A stretch of DNA of 64,000 nt from Candidatus Aminicenantes bacterium (GTDB lineage Bacteria > Acidobacteriota > Aminicenantia > Aminicenantales > Saccharicenantaceae). The notes under the pieces were generated by a model, which ran no database searches, was not told the DNA's origin, and was given only the letters and a program-made list of their open reading frames with translations. Position numbers and translations under genes: made by a program. The DNA lies in assembly GCA_963843505.1 (NCBI GenBank), contig CAWJKR010000005.1, forward strand, positions 74,632-138,631, written 5' to 3'. Position 1 is the first letter of the stretch, and each line of letters opens with the position of its first letter. Shown piece by piece: positions 52,183 through 64,000 of this stretch.

Positions 52183-54971
52183 TCAGTATCGGGGGTCCTT
52201 GAGCACCGTGCCCCGCGTCGTCTGGGACTTCCCGTCGACCGTCAGGACGATCCGGTAATCGCCCGGCTGCAGCGGGAAGGAGGCGAAATTCACGTCGCCC
52301 GCGCGTCCCGCCGTAACCCATCTCGCGGGCGCGGCGGGCCCGGTCCTGGGCCGTTCTCTTCTCTTCGGCCGTCATCTCGCGGCGCCCGGTCATGTTCCAG
52401 ATGACGGTGTTGAGCCCGACCTCGGACGTCCCGGCGATCTCGTTGACGAGCAGGGTCCCCGCATAGACCTGGACCTTCACGCCGTCCTTGGGCTTGGCCT
52501 TCAGAAGGTACGAGATGGCCAGGCCCGGCGGCTCGCTCTCGCCGGCGAAGTTGGAGCTGCTGGATTCGCGGCGGTCCTGCCCCGACCCAGCGGACCTTGG
52601 GCTCGACCGCGAAGAGATGCGCGTCCTTGGCCAGGACGTCGGGCGTGAGCTCCTGCAGCGGCCTGATGTCGGCGATGTAGGCCCCGCGGCCGTGGGTGGC
52701 GACGATGAGGTCGGCCTCCCGCGGGTGGATCTTGAGGTCGTGGACCGGCTGGGTCGGCAGGTTCGCCTTCAGCTTCAGCCAGGCCTGGCCGCCGTCGAGG
52801 GAGACATAGACGCCGAAATCGGTCCCGGCGAACAGAGGCCTTGGGGTTCTTGGGGTCCTCGCGGACGACGTTGACCGGTCCCTCGGCGAGTCCCGCGGCC
52901 AGGGAGGTCCAGGTGGCGCCGTAGTCGGTCGTCTTGTAGACGATAGGGCCGGAAGTCGTCGTTGCGGAAGCCGGTGTAGGAAACGTAGGCCGTGCCGGGG
53001 TCGGAGGGAGACGCCGCGACCCGGCTGACCCAGTAGCCGGGGTTCCCGGTGATCTTGTCGTTGAGCTTGACCCAGGTCCTCGCCGTTGTCGCGGGTGACC
53101 CAGACATTCCCGTCGTCGGTGCCGGCCCAAAGCAGGCCGGGGACGAGCGGCGATTCGTCGAAGGTCGTGATCGTGCAGTACTGGATGTTGCCGTCTCCTC
53201 CCTGGCCCTCGACCGTGAGCTTGGACGGAGTCGTTGGTCGAGAGATCGGGGCTGATCTCGGTCCAGGATTCGCCGCGGTTGGTCGACATGACGACGATGT
53301 TGCCGCAGTGATAGACCGTGTCGCTGGCGTGGGCCGAGACGAGGATCGGCGCGCACCAGTTCCAGCGCGTCGCGGGCTTCTGCCGCTGGTAGGCGATGCT
53401 CTTGGCCTCGCCGGTCACGAGGTCGACGCGGGACAGCGGGCCCGAACTGGGATTCGTTGTAGAGCGTGCGGTTCGTCGCCCGGTCGAAGACGTTGTACAT
53501 CCCGTCGCCGCCGCCCATGCCGAACCAATCTTCGAGGCGGATGGGAGGCCCCGCGGCGGCCCGGCCGCCGAAGCCGCCGCCCGCCGCCCACGTTGGTGCT
53601 CGGGCCCATGAGGTTGCCGTTGTCCTGCAGCCCGCCGGCGACGCGGTAGGGATAGGACATGTCGAAATCGATGGCGTAGAACTGGGCCAGAGGCAGGAAA
53701 TCGGGATGGTACCAGTTCTTCCCGCCGTCCCAGGTGACGCCCAGGCCGTGGTCGTAGCCGAGGAGCATGTGCCGGCTGTCCGCGGGATCGATCCAGAGGG
53801 CGTGGTTGTCGCCGCCGAAGCGGAACGGCGAGCGTCCAGGTCTTCCCGCCGTCCTTGCTGGCCAGGACGCCGACGCTCAGGATGTAGACGAGGTTCGGCG
53901 TCGTTCGGGTCGACGATGATCTGGCCGTAGTAGTACCCGGGATCGCCGCCGATCGAGCGCTTCTCCGGGCTGACCTTGGTCCAGGTCGCGCCGGCATCGT
54001 CCGAGCGGTAGATCTCGCCGTCGATCATGCCGGAGCTCGACTTGCCCGCGAGGACCTCTTTCCAACGGTCCTCGGCGGACATCCCGGGCTTGTTGGCGTT
54101 CTCGATCTCGGCGTAGAGGATCTTCGGGTTCTTGGGGAAGACGGTCAGGCCGATGCGGCCGAGGATGCCGCCCGGCAGGCCGGCCGTGAGCTTCGTCCAG
54201 GTCTTGCCGCCGTCGGTCGTCTTGTGGATGCCGGAGCCCGGCCCGCCGATGCCCCAGGTCCAGGGCTTGCGGAACTTGTCGTAGGCCGCCGCGTAGAGCG
54301 TCTCCGGGGCGGTCGGGTCCATGACGACATCGACGACGCCGACGGCGCGTCCGTCGACGGCGATGTCGAGGACCTTGGCCCAGGTCTTGCCGCCGTCGGT
54401 CGTCTTGTAGAGCCCGCGCTCGGCGTTCTCGGTATAGAGATGGCCGAGGGCGGCCACATAGACGACGTTGGGGTCGGACGGATGGATGAGGATGCGCCCG
54501 ATGTGGTGGGATTCCCTGAGGCCCATGTTGAGCCACGTCTTGCCGGCGTCGACGGACTTGTAGACCCCGTCGCCCCAATAGGTCGAGCGGGAGTTGTTGG
54601 CCTCGCCCGAGCCGAGCCAGAGGATGGCGGGATCCGAAGGAGCCACGGCGATGTCCCCGATCGAGAAGACCTTTTCGTGCTCGAAGAGCGGCTCGAACGT
54701 CTGGCCGTTGTTCTCCGTCTTCCACAGGCCGCCGGAGGCCGAGGCCGCGTAGAACGTGTTCGGCTTCCCGGACGGGACGGCGAAGTCGACGAACCGGCCG
54801 CTCTGCTGCGTCGGCCCGATGGACCGGAAATGCAGGGCGTTCACGACCGCCGCGGCGTCGAGCGGCCGCGGGCGCCTTGGCCTTGGCGGCCGGGCGGGTC
54901 TGGGCGCCCAGGAAGGCCTCCCCGACCAGGATGGCCAGGACCAGCATGGGGATCGAAAGCTTCCGTGTCAT
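52183..54971 (-). CDS. Secreted BNR/Asp-box beta-propeller protein (sortilin/VPS10-like tandem propellers), about 930 aa; many frame switches
   Basis: AAGGAGG precedes ATG 54971. Signal MTRKLSIPMLVLAILVGEAFLGA. Repeated Asp-boxes: SVDAGKTW, TTDGGKTW (three times), SDDAGATW, SKDGGKTW, TTDYGATW. The C-terminal end is ...DYRIVLTVDGKSQTTRGTVLKDPRY with TGA at 52183-52185. Confidence 0.8.
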
Positions 54972-55012
54972 CGCGTCTCCTCCTTCTTGATATCGAAATC
55001 GAGACAGGCCGG

Positions 55013-56136
55013 TCACTTCTCTGTCCGGCGATAAACGACGTGCCGCGCGGCGAGATCGTCCATGATCGCCCGGAAGGCCGCTTCGTCGGCGCCGAGGAGC
55101 TCCGGCGGCAGGACGCCTTTGCGGTTGAACCGCCCCGTCAGGACGAGACGGGCCGCGGCCGCCGCGGGAAAGCCCGTCGTCCGGGCCATGGACGAGATAG
55201 CCCGAGGCCCGGTCCCGCCGGTCGAAGAGGTCGTACTCGATGCGCTTCGCCCGGCCCGCGGCTTCGCCCTCGACGATGATCCGCATGACCGTGAACTCGT
55301 CGTCCTCCTCGTGGAGGAGCCATTGCCGGAAAAGGACGGCCGAAGTGAAGTCGAGGGGCCGGATCTTGCGGCCCCGGACGTCGATCTCGGCGGTGTCGAA
55401 AAAGCCGCTGTCGCGCAGGGCCTGGATGCGCTCGACGTGACCCGGATAGCGGAGCGTCTTCTCGATCATGTTGGGGACCTTCATCGTCGTGAGAAGCGAC
55501 CGGAGCCCGTCGGAGTTGAAGGCCTCGAGCGTGCCGATCTCGGGGAAGTCCAGGTGCTCGACGTCGGACAGGGCCGGCTTGACGACGAGGTGGCCGTTCT
55601 CGACGTAGCGGGCCGGCCGGATGTACTCCTCGATGACGTCGGCCGGCGAGAAGGGGGCCTTGTATTCGAAGGGGAATTCACGGCGGAACGGGAGCCCGCC
55701 GACGTAGCAGGCGAAGCGCTTGACCGTCATCCGGGCGGCGTGGTAGCCGAGGATCATGTTGCTCATGCCCGGGGCGACGCCGCAGTCGACGATGGCGGTG
55801 ACGCCGGCCTTCCGCGCGGCTTCGTCGAGGGCCAGCGCGTCCTCGGGAAAGAACGAGATGTCGACCATGTCCTTGCCGGCGGCGATGACCTCGCGCAGGG
55901 TGGCGAAGCCCATGAAGCCGGGGACGGCGCCGACGACGAGGTCGCAGGCGCCGACGATGGCCCGAAGGGCGGCCGGCGACGAGAGGTCGGCTTGGAGGGT
56001 CTTGACGGCCGTGCCCTCGAGCTTGGCCAGGTTGTCGGGGCTGACGTCGACCGAGGTGACCTCGAATTCGCCCGAAAGGTCGAGCGCGATGACGCGGCCG
56101 ACCATGCCCGAGCCGAGCACGACGATCTCTCTTCAT
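55013..56136 (-). CDS. Saccharopine dehydrogenase-like oxidoreductase; frame switches near 56122 and 55200
   Basis: MKRD.VVLGSGMVGRVIALDL (Rossmann fold), DCGVAPGMSNM, EAFNSDGLRSL, LRYPGH. The tail is restored as ...MARTTGFPAAAAARLVLTG...VVYRRTEK. Confidence 0.8.
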
Positions 56137-56202
56137 GGGAACTCCTCTCTCGCCGATGGAGCCGAAAGGGAAGTTATAACCCAGGTCGGGCCGACTTTCA
56201 AC

Positions 56203-57337
56203 TCAATAGCGGCCGAATTCCTCGGCGACGCCGGCCAGGACGGCGACGTTGCCGGCGGGCGTGTGGGGCGCGATGGAGCAGGCCGTGCTCAGGATGAAGC
56301 GGCCGCCGGGCTTCCCGGCTTCGATCCGCCGGACGGCGTCGGCCCGCACCGAGCCGCGGTCGCCCGCGAGGAGGACATGCACGGGATCGATGTTGCCCTT
56401 GATGAAGATCCGGCCGCCCGACGCGCCGCTTGGCGTCCTCGAGCTCGACGCGGCCGAGCGGCGGCGGGTCCAGGCACTCGATGCCGGAGGCCCCGGACCC
56501 GGCCATGAGCTCGAGCCGGTCGTGGATGTCGCCGCAGGTATGGATGTAGGCCCGCACGGCCTTCGCTTCGACGGCCCGGGCGATGCGGCCTTCGTACGGC
56601 AGGACGAACCTCCGGTAGAAGGCCGTCGAAAGGAAGCCCGCCCCGGCGAAGGGCGAGGAGATCTTGATGGCGTCCACCCCCGTCGCGGCCAGGCCCTCGG
56701 CGACGGCGACGATGCCCGCCGTGAACCGCTCGAGCACGGCTTCGGCGCGCGCGGGGTCGTCCAGAAAACCGACCATGGCCGGCTCGAAACCGAAGAGGTC
56801 GAGGACGTAATCGAGGGGCGAGGTCACTTCGCCGTGGACCGAGAGATCCCGGCCGGCGCGGTCGACCGCCATGGCGACGGCGTCGAAGGGGTGGGCGGGA
56901 TCGATGTCGAAGCGGAGGCCCTGCGATACGGGGATATAATCGATCCGGTCGGGCAGGGACGACGGATCGAAGCGGCCGAACTCCGGCCGGGCCCGGGGAA
57001 CGGCCGGGCGAAACACCGGCAGATCGTCCGGAGGAAAGACCGTCTCGTCCCCGTTCTTCCAGCGGACCCGCTCGCCGTCGGGCCCGCGCGAGATCGAGAC
57101 GGCCCGGCCCTCCCAATCGGGGGCGTGGCCGTGCAGGCTGACCAGGATCCCGTCGAACGCGTAGTCCGCCCTCAGGGCGAGGAGCGCCTCGACGAAGTCC
57201 CCGGCCGAATGCCAGAGACGCGACGGCGGGACCGCCGACCGCAGCAGCATGTGGCCGACGCTCATCTGGCACATGACGGGCACGCGGTCGGGCCGGCCGC
57301 CCGACATCGCCGCCGCCATCCGTTCCTTCGATGTCAT
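56203..57337 (-). CDS. Uroporphyrinogen decarboxylase (URO-D) family protein, MtaA/CmuA-like; one frame switch near 56415
   Basis: MTSKERMAAAMSGGRPDRVPVMCQ..., IKISSPFAGAGFLS, YIHTCGDI, GASGIECLDP, then ...IFIKGNIDPVHVLL...RFILSTACSIAPHTP. Confidence 0.65.
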
Positions 57338-57393
57338 GCCGGCTCCTTCGGGCCGCAGGATAGCCCCGGCCGCCGCCTCCGGTCAAGGGCCGG

Positions 57394-57422
57394 TTTACAT
57401 TAGGACGGCCGGACGCTATGAT
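57394..57422 (+). promoter_or_regulatory. Sigma70-type promoter (TTTACA-N17-TATGAT) for the Omp85-like gene
   Basis: TTTACA at 57394-57399 and TATGAT at 57417-57422. Confidence 0.45.
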
Positions 57423-57447
57423 ACCGCAAACGGCGGAAAGACCCGGC

Positions 57448-58549
57448 ATGCTCAAACTCAGGCCCGCTCTCCTGGCCCTGCTCCTGGCCGTCGCGCTGTC
57501 CCCGCGGGCGACGGCCGCGGAGGAGACCGCCGCGGAACGGGACCCGCACCGGACCCGGCTCATCGGCCTGCCTTTCGTCTATTACTCGCCCGAGACGAAG
57601 GTGGCCTTCGGCGCCGGCGGCATCCTCAGCTTCCGGGCCGGCCGGGACAAGGAAGAAGCCCGCACATCGAGCGTCTGGGCCTATTGCCAGCTACAATCTG
57701 GCCCGCCAGTTCAACGTCCTCGTCAAGCCGGCGATCTATCTCAAGGCCAACGGGCTCATCCTGAGCGGGACCTTCCACTACGAGCGGGCGCCGCAGAAGT
57801 TCTACGGCGTGGGGAACGACACGCCGTCGAGCGCCGTCGAGTCCTTCACGCCGCGGATCTTCGCCCTCCAGGTCGGCGTCAAGAGGCGCGTGCTGGGCGG
57901 TCTTTTCGGCGGCCTCCAGTTCGACTTCGAGCGCATGACGATGGAGAAGGTCGAGACGGGCGGGCTCCTCGACGCCGGAGACATCGTCGGGGGCCGCGGC
58001 GGGCAGCTGGCCGGGATGGGCGTCAGCCTGGATTGGGACACCCGGGACGCGGTCATCTTCCCCCGCCGGGGGGTGTTCCTCCAGCTCTCGGCCGACGCCT
58101 ACGGCCCGATCGCCGGCAGCGACTTCACATTCAACCGGATCAAGCTCGATCTCCGGGAATACCTGACCCTGGGCCCGGACCGGATCCTCGCCCTCCAGGC
58201 CTATCTCCTCTCGACCGGCGGCGAAGTCCCCTTTCACAAGCTGGCCCTCGTCGGCGGCGAATCGCTGCTGAGGGGCTACTACCGGGGCCGCTTCAGGGAC
58301 AAGGCGATGATGCTGGTCCAGGCCGAGTACCGGGCCCTGGTGACGAAGAGGATCGGCGTCGCCGGTTTCGCCGGGCTGGCCGACATCTTCCCGGGCTTCG
58401 ACGACCTCGGCCGCGGAAAGCTCAAGTTTTCCGTCGGCAGCGGCCTCCGCTATGTCCTCGACAAGAACGAGGGGACGACCTTGCGGCTGGACCTGGCTTG
58501 GGGCCGGGCCAGCTTCGGTCTCTACGTCACGGCCCAGGAAGCGTTCTGA
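57448..58549 (+). CDS. Omp85/surface-antigen (D15) family outer-membrane beta-barrel, no POTRA region evident; one frame switch near 57690
   Basis: Signal MLKLRPALLALLLAVALSPRATA. Alternating beta-strand pattern, GGESLLRGYYRGRFRDK, and a C-terminus ...LDLAWGRASFGLYVTAQEAF ending in Phe. Confidence 0.7.
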
Positions 58550-58562
58550 AGCGGGCTCCCGG

Positions 58563-59006
58563 CTACTTCTTCAGCTCCGAGGTGCAGTGCGGGCAGCGGA
58601 CGGCCTTGATCGGGACGGCCGTGGCGCAGAAGGGGCAGTCCTTGGTCGTCGGCTCGGCCGGCGCGGGTTCGGCCTTCTTCTTCATCCGGTTCACGCCCCG
58701 GATGACCAGGAACAACGCGAAGGCGACAATGAGGAAGCTGATGATCTTGTTGAGGAACTGCCCGTAGTTCAGGGTGACCGCACCGGCGGCCTGGGCCGCG
58801 GCGAGCGATGGATAGGGGCCTGCGCCCGACAGGAGGATATAGAGATTGGCGAAATCGACCTTGCCGAGGAGCAGCCCGATCGGAGGCATCAGGACGTCGG
58901 CGACGAGCGAGGTGACGATGGTCCCGAAGGCCGCGCCGATGATGATGCCGACGGCCATGTCCACGACCGAGCCGCGCATGGCGAATTCCTTGAATTCTTT
59001 GAACAT
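58563..59006 (-). CDS. mscL: Large-conductance mechanosensitive channel with a C-terminal CxxC-CxxC zinc-ribbon tail
   Basis: AAGGAGG precedes ATG 59006. [44 protein letters not shown]...[23 protein letters not shown], and a tail [25 protein letters not shown]. Confidence 0.9.
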   Translation of the reverse strand: MFKEFKEFAMRGSVVDMAVGIIIGAAFGTIVTSLVADVLMPPIGLLLGKVDFANLYILLSGAGPYPSLAAAQAAGAVTLNYGQFLNKIISFLIVAFALFLVIRGVNRMKKKAEPAPAEPTTKDCPFCATAVPIKAVRCPHCTSELKK

Positions 59007-59037
59007 CCGGACCTCCTTGGTTCTGTATATCTGACCT

Positions 59038-59067
59038 CTTATATCCAAATCCGCGGGAGACTGTCAA
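59038..59067 (-). promoter_or_regulatory. Sigma70-type promoter for mscL (TTGACA-N18-TATAAG)
   Basis: Minus sense reads TTGACAGTCTCCCGCGGATTTGGATATAAG. The -35 box overlaps the GH127 stop. Confidence 0.45.
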
Positions 59068-61093
59068 TCCTTGACGAGGGGGAAGACGGAGATCCGCAGA
59101 CGGGCGCAGCCCATGGGGATGAGGTCGACCTCTTCGGGCGTTCCTTCCCCCTCGGCGGGGCTGGCCGGGACCGGCCCGACCATGCGCCCCTCTTCTTTCC
59201 AGCCGGGCACCCGCCGCGCCAGGACCTTGAGCACGATCGGGGCCGCCTCGGGGACGAACGGCTGATAGGGCGGCGCGGCGCGGGAGGCCAACCGCACGCT
59301 GGGACGCGCCCCTGTCCGACCCGGGACCAGGCCGTAGTTCCAGGGCGTCGTCGGCAGGACCTCGAAGGCCGGCCAGGCCTCCGTCCCGCCGTACTTCTGC
59401 CACTTCTCCCCTATCCTGAGGGCGTACCAGAGGGGGCCGCGTCGCACCGAGACGGCGCCCCGCAGGGACGGCCAATCGACGACCTCGATCTCCGGGTCGA
59501 ACTCGATCCGGACCTGGTCGCCGTGATGCCACGTCCGGCGCAGCACCGCGTACTGGCCTCCCGTGAAAGACCCCTCGACCCTCTGGCCGTTGAGGACGAT
59601 CCGGACCGTCTTCGCCCAGCCCGGGAGCCTCAGATAGAGCGGAAAGGACACCGGCCGGTCGCAGGACAGGCTCAGCCGGACCTGGTCCTCGAAGGGGTAG
59701 GAGGTCTCTTCCGAGACCGATATGTCCGCGCCCTCGGCGACCTTGGCCCTGACCTCCGACGGCGCGTAGAGGGTCGCGGCCAGGCCGTTGTCGGCCGTGG
59801 CCATCCAGAGATGCTCGGCGAAATAGGGCCAGCCGAAGGCCACGTTGTGCTGGCAGCAGCGATAGCTCCAGGGGTCGTACGAGACGAGCGTTCCGGCGTT
59901 CTGGAAATCGTGCTCCCCGGAGCTGTCGCAGGAGATGAGGTTGGCCGCCGTGAGATAGTGGAGGCCTTTGAGGTCCGGGGTCATGGACGCGGGAAGGTCG
60001 TTGAAGGCGACCTCCTCGGCCCGGTCCGCCCACGCGGTCGCGCCCGTGATCTTGAGGAGGGACTCGAAGCTGGCCATGAACTCGACCATCGTGCACGTTT
60101 CGGCGCCCTGCCGCGGATCGTCCTTCCCGGGACGGATGTTCTCGTCGGCCCCGAACATCCCGCCGGGCTGGCGTCCGTACCGGTCCATGACGAGGCGGTA
60201 GTTCTCGCTCCGACGGCTTTGAGCAGGTCCGGGTCGCGGGCCTGCTGGAAGTAGATGGCGGGCTCGCGGAAGCCCATGGCGATGTTGACGCCGTGATAGA
60301 AGCCGCTTTCGACCCAGTCCTTGTCCCGCCCGGGGGTCAGGATGGGCGAAGTCCAGTCCGACGTCCTGGTGAAGAGCCTTCTGGCGAGGTCGAGCAGGAA
60401 GCTCTCTCCCGTCCGATTGTAGAGCCAGTAGACGCTCTCGAGGTTCTCCCCTCCCCTGAGCTTCTGCCAGCTCCCCGGCAGCAGCTCTTCGGCGGGCAGG
60501 TGGAATTCGAACTGGAAGAAGCGGCTCATCAGGGACAGGACGCGGCGGTCGCCCGTGGCTTCGTAGAAGCTCTGCAGCGCCGCCAGCATGACCATGTTCG
60601 GCCAGAGGTCGTTGGAGGCGCGATTGTCGGGCGGGCCGAAATATCCGTCCCGGGCCTGGGACTTGAAGACTTGGAGGAGCCAGCGCTCGGTCTCTTTGCG
60701 CAGGCCGGCGTCCTTGAGCAGATAGCCGAGATCGCCGTAGCCCTTGAGCCAGTAGGGCATCTCCTCCCAGCCCGTCCCTTTGAGGGTCAGCCAGCCGCTG
60801 TCGTCGCCGAGGAAGCGGCTGAGCTCGCTCAGGCGGCCCGTGAGGCCGTCCCTCATGAGCTGCAGCTGGGCCATGAGCCAGCCGCGCGGCTCGATGGCCC
60901 CGATGGGGAGCTTGACCAGAGGGCTCACGGCGAGAGGCGTCCGGTTCGACGGATAGTGCTGGTTCGGGGCCGCGGCGGGCGGCACGGGAACGGAGGCCGC
61001 TTCAGGCTGGACGGGAAGCTCGGTGAACGACCCGATCCGCGATTGAAGGAAGACGAGGGCCAGCAAGAGCGCGGGGATGATCAGGTATTTCAT
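59064..61093 (-). CDS. Glycoside hydrolase family 127-like (DUF1680, beta-L-arabinofuranosidase type), secreted; one frame switch near 60210
   Basis: Signal MKYLIIPALLLALVFL. Then WEEMPYWLKGYGDLGY, ...GAETCTMVEFM, ...WSYRCCQHNVAFGWP (Cys/Glu motifs typical of the family). Confidence 0.8.
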
Positions 61094-61099
61094 GGGCGG

Positions 61100-62954
61100 C
61101 TACCAGGCGATGCCGTAGTCCTCGCCGTAATTGCTGCTGCCGCCCCAGAATGTGCCGTGGGCCCGGTCGAAGAAGATGGCGTTGATGGGGCCCGAGGTGT
61201 ATTTCTTGACGGACAGGGTGTAGCCCATCGCCTTGAGCCGGCCGCGGACATCGGCCGGCACCTGCTCGTTGACGTCGAGCTTGCCGGGGAAGGTCTTGTG
61301 CTCGGCGAAGGAATCGTGCATCTGGTAGCTGGTGATGTTCGGCGCTTCGCAGGCCTGCTGGACGTTCAGGCCGAACTCGACGACGTCGAGGAAGAACTGG
61401 AGAAGGTTCTGGTCCTGGGTGTCTCCGCCCTGGACGGCGAACGACAGATAAGGATGGCCGTCCTTCAGGGCCAGGCCGGGGGTCAGGGTCGCCCGCGGCC
61501 GCTTGCCCGGGGCGATGACGTTGAAGGGATTCTGCCGCTCCTCGAGGACGAAGCTCTGGGCCCGCTGGCTCATGCCCACGCCGGTCCTCCCGGCGATGAC
61601 GCACGGGATCCAGCCGCCGCTCGGGGTCACGGAGACGACCCAGCCTTCCTTGTCCGCGGCCTGGATCGAGGTCGTGCCGGTGCGAAAGGAGGCCTCGACC
61701 TCGGCCGCTTCCTGCGGATCGAGCTTGGCGGCCTCTCCCCTGCCCCAATCGAGCCAGCCGTCGAGGTAGCCGAGATAGGGATTGGCCTTGCCCTCGAAGG
61801 GGTACGGGTCTCCGGGCTTGATATCGGGGTCGTTCCGGTCGGCCCGGATGAGCTTGACCCTTTCCCGGGCGTAGGCCTTGGAGAGAAGCCCGCGCGAGCG
61901 GCTCGTCGGGCGGGAAATAGGGATCGCCGTAGTAGAAGTCCCGGTCGGCGAAGGCCAGGTTCATGACCTGGTAGAGCGTGTGGATGTAGGCGGCGCTGTT
62001 GAAACCCAGGGCCTTGAGGTCGAGCGTCTCGAGCATGTTCAGGGCCTGGAGCATGACCGGGCCCTGGACCCAGCTCGTGAGCTTGTAGACGTCGATGCCT
62101 TTATAAGAGGTCGACACGGGCTCTTCGAGACGGACCTTCCAGCCGGCCAGGTCCTCCATGGTGATGAGCCCGCCCTGCTCCTTCGAGCCGCGGACGAATT
62201 CGCGGGCGATGTCGCCCTTATAAAAGCGATCGTAGGCGGCCCGGATGGCCTCCCGCCGCGACTTCCCCGCGGCCAGGGCCTGACGCTCGGCTTCGACGAG
62301 CTTTTTCAGCGTTTCGGCGAGATCGGGCTGGCGGAAGATCTCGCCCGCCCGGGGGGCCTCGTACGGCTCTCCGGGATGCGGGAGCAGAACGGCGCGGGAG
62401 TAGGGCCAGGCCTTGATCCTGTCCTTGTCCTTCTCGATGCGGTCGCCCGTCTCCTTGTCCATGGGATAGCCTTCGGCCATGCGGATGGCCGGCGCCAGGA
62501 CCTCGGCCAGGCTCATCGTCCCGAATTCGGCGAGCATCGTCAGGAGCCCGCCCGGCGTGCCGGGCGTCACCGCGGACAGGACGCCGTATTCGGGGGGATA
62601 GGCATAACCCTTGCCCTTGTAGAATTCGGCCGTCGCTCCGGTCGGCGCGACGCCCAGGGCGTTCAAGCCGATGACCTTGCCGGTCTTGGGATTGTAGATG
62701 AGGGCCTGGGTCTCGCCGCCCCAGCTCAGGACGTCGTGCATGGTGCAGACGGCCCCGAGCATGGCGCAGGCCGCGTCGACGGCGTTCCCGCCCTTGGCGA
62801 AGATCATGGCCCCGGCCGTGGCCGCCAGCGGCTTCCCGGTGATGGCCACCCATTCCCGGCCGTGGAGGACCGGCTTCTCCGTCCGCTGTCCGGTCGCCCC
62901 GCCGGCCGTCATCGCGCAACACCCAATGAGGATCGCCAGGAATATCGCTTTCAT
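61100..62954 (-). CDS. ggt: Gamma-glutamyltransferase; one frame switch near 61900
   Basis: Signal MKAIFLAILIGCCAMTAGG. Then TGKPLAATAGAMIFAKGGNAVDAA, WGGETQALIYN, autoprocessing site context TGTTSIQAADKEGW, ...LSFAVQGGDTQDQ. Confidence 0.9.
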
Positions 62955-62989
62955 CGGTCCATCCTTTCGCGCTCCGCGCGCCGGCCGCC

Positions 62990-63917
62990 TTACCGGCCGG
63001 TCCGATCGAGGTCCCAGAACACGCTGAGGGATATGCCCCTTCCCGTGCAGGCCAGCGTGGGAACGAGGCGTCGCCGCCGGTCGTGGTTGCGGACGACGAG
63101 ACGGGCTACGAGGTGGCCGACGACGGCGCCGACGGCCACGTCCGAGGCCCAATGGCGGTCCAGGGCGACCCTTGACAGCCCTACGCCGGCGGCAAGCGTA
63201 TAAGCCACGACCGGCACCCAAGCCCGATGGCTGTATTGCAGCGCGATGACAGTGGCCAGGGAGAACGCCGCCGCCGAATGACCCGAGGGAAAAGAACCGT
63301 AGAGATCGCTGCCGCTCTTTATCGAATCGCGTGAAGAACCCCGAGGGTCCGGCCCAGTGGTCCTGGCCGTCGGCGACGAACGGCCTCTGTCGTCCGGTCA
63401 TGCCCTTGAGGAAGCTGTCCACGACGAAGGATTGCAGGATGGCGTTCGCCGCCAGATAGCCCGTGTCCCTGGCCCGGGCATCCTTAAAGAGGAGGCCGGC
63501 GCCAAAAAAGGCTCCGGCGGTCGCGATTCCGGCCAACCCTCCCATCTCGGTGACTACGGGGGCGACGTCGCCCACCCAGGCATGCCCTCCGGCGTATGTC
63601 TGGACGCCGTCGCGGATGGATTCATCGGAGGCGATGAGGAGCGCCGTGGCCGCGGCCAGGCCGACGATGGGAGCGATGTGTTTGGCCTTGATGCGCGCCG
63701 GCGAGGACCAGATGCGGCCGGCGTCGCTGAGGAACTCCCGGCCGGCCTGCTTCAAGGTCAGGGCGTCGTCCGCCCGAGCCTCCCCGCTTTCGGCCTGGGA
63801 CGGCGACTGGCCGCAGGGCGGAGGCGCGCCCGCCGCGCTCCCCGCAGTCCCAAGAAGGACAAGGACGGCCAGGGCCGCGGCCCCGCGGCGGACGGGCTTC
63901 CCGTCTTTCTTCGTCAT
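62990..63917 (-). CDS. PAP2-family (acid phosphatase / lipid phosphatase) membrane protein; one frame switch near 63320
   Basis: Signal MTKKDGKPVRRGAAALAVLVLLGTAGSAAG. PAP2 motifs KGMTGRQRP, then after the shift SFPSGHSAAAF and SRVALDRHWASDV. Confidence 0.75.
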
Positions 63918-63924
63918 CGGACCG

Positions 63925-63932
63925 ATTATACA
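63925..63932 (-). promoter_or_regulatory. Extended -10 (TGTATAAT) 7 nt upstream of ATG 63917, implying a leaderless transcript
   Basis: Minus sense reads ...GGGAGTGATGTATAATCGGTCCGATG. Confidence 0.45.
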
Positions 63933-64000
63933 TCACTCCCGCGAATTCTGTCTCGGCCGCGCGGCTCTATGCTATAATAGCCGCCTTTGACAGTCCGCCT

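Overview
High-GC bacterial chromosomal segment. My hand counts on single 60-nt lines give about 63-75% GC. It is densely packed on both strands and almost entirely housekeeping or core metabolism. I recognise about 52 protein genes, three tRNAs (initiator tRNA-Met, tRNA-Ser GGA, tRNA-Ser CGA) and RNase P RNA.

Gene content in order:
- gpsA, a TPR lipoprotein, ahcY, and an M16 peptidase pair.
- Fused formimidoyltransferase-cyclodeaminase, znuACB, pepD, ridA.
- A small FmdB zinc ribbon, hydantoinase/oxoprolinase A and B, and a GHL10 lipoprotein.
- The pepP / C-N hydrolase / NusG-paralog operon, a PurF-like amidotransferase, tRNA-fMet, ychF.
- nuoJKLMN, an MFS transporter, rnpB, a sigma54-dependent response regulator, and a second M16 pair.
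- A sulfatase-like membrane protein, pyruvate:ferredoxin oxidoreductase, dnaX-ybaB-recR, an EamA transporter.
- A YXWGXW-repeat lipoprotein, rocD, hom, tadA, thrC, a DcyD/ACC-deaminase-like enzyme.
- A large BNR/Asp-box propeller protein, a saccharopine-dehydrogenase-like enzyme, a URO-D family protein, an Omp85-like barrel.
- mscL, GH127, ggt and a PAP2 phosphatase.

About 33 of these genes are split over two or more reading frames in this sequence. By manual frame tracing there are roughly 70 frame switches in total. Conserved motifs are intact on both sides of each switch. Where I could localise a switch, it sits in a short G/C run. I read this as assembly indel error rather than gene decay.

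I see no CRISPR array, transposase, integrase, recognisable defence system or secondary-metabolite cluster. I did not find a convincing multi-gene novel system.

The most unusual local features are:
- A 0.6-kb low-GC insert bounded by a duplicated 3' end of the initiator tRNA.
- A near-consensus sigma54 promoter in front of the YXWGXW lipoprotein gene.
- An M16 peptidase pair in which neither subunit has the HxxEH zinc site.
- A NusG paralog translationally coupled to a metabolic operon.
- Three phased TTGACA boxes in a divergent promoter region.
- Several apparently leaderless genes and a recurring promoter cassette.
- A sigma54-activator ORF that runs into rnpB.
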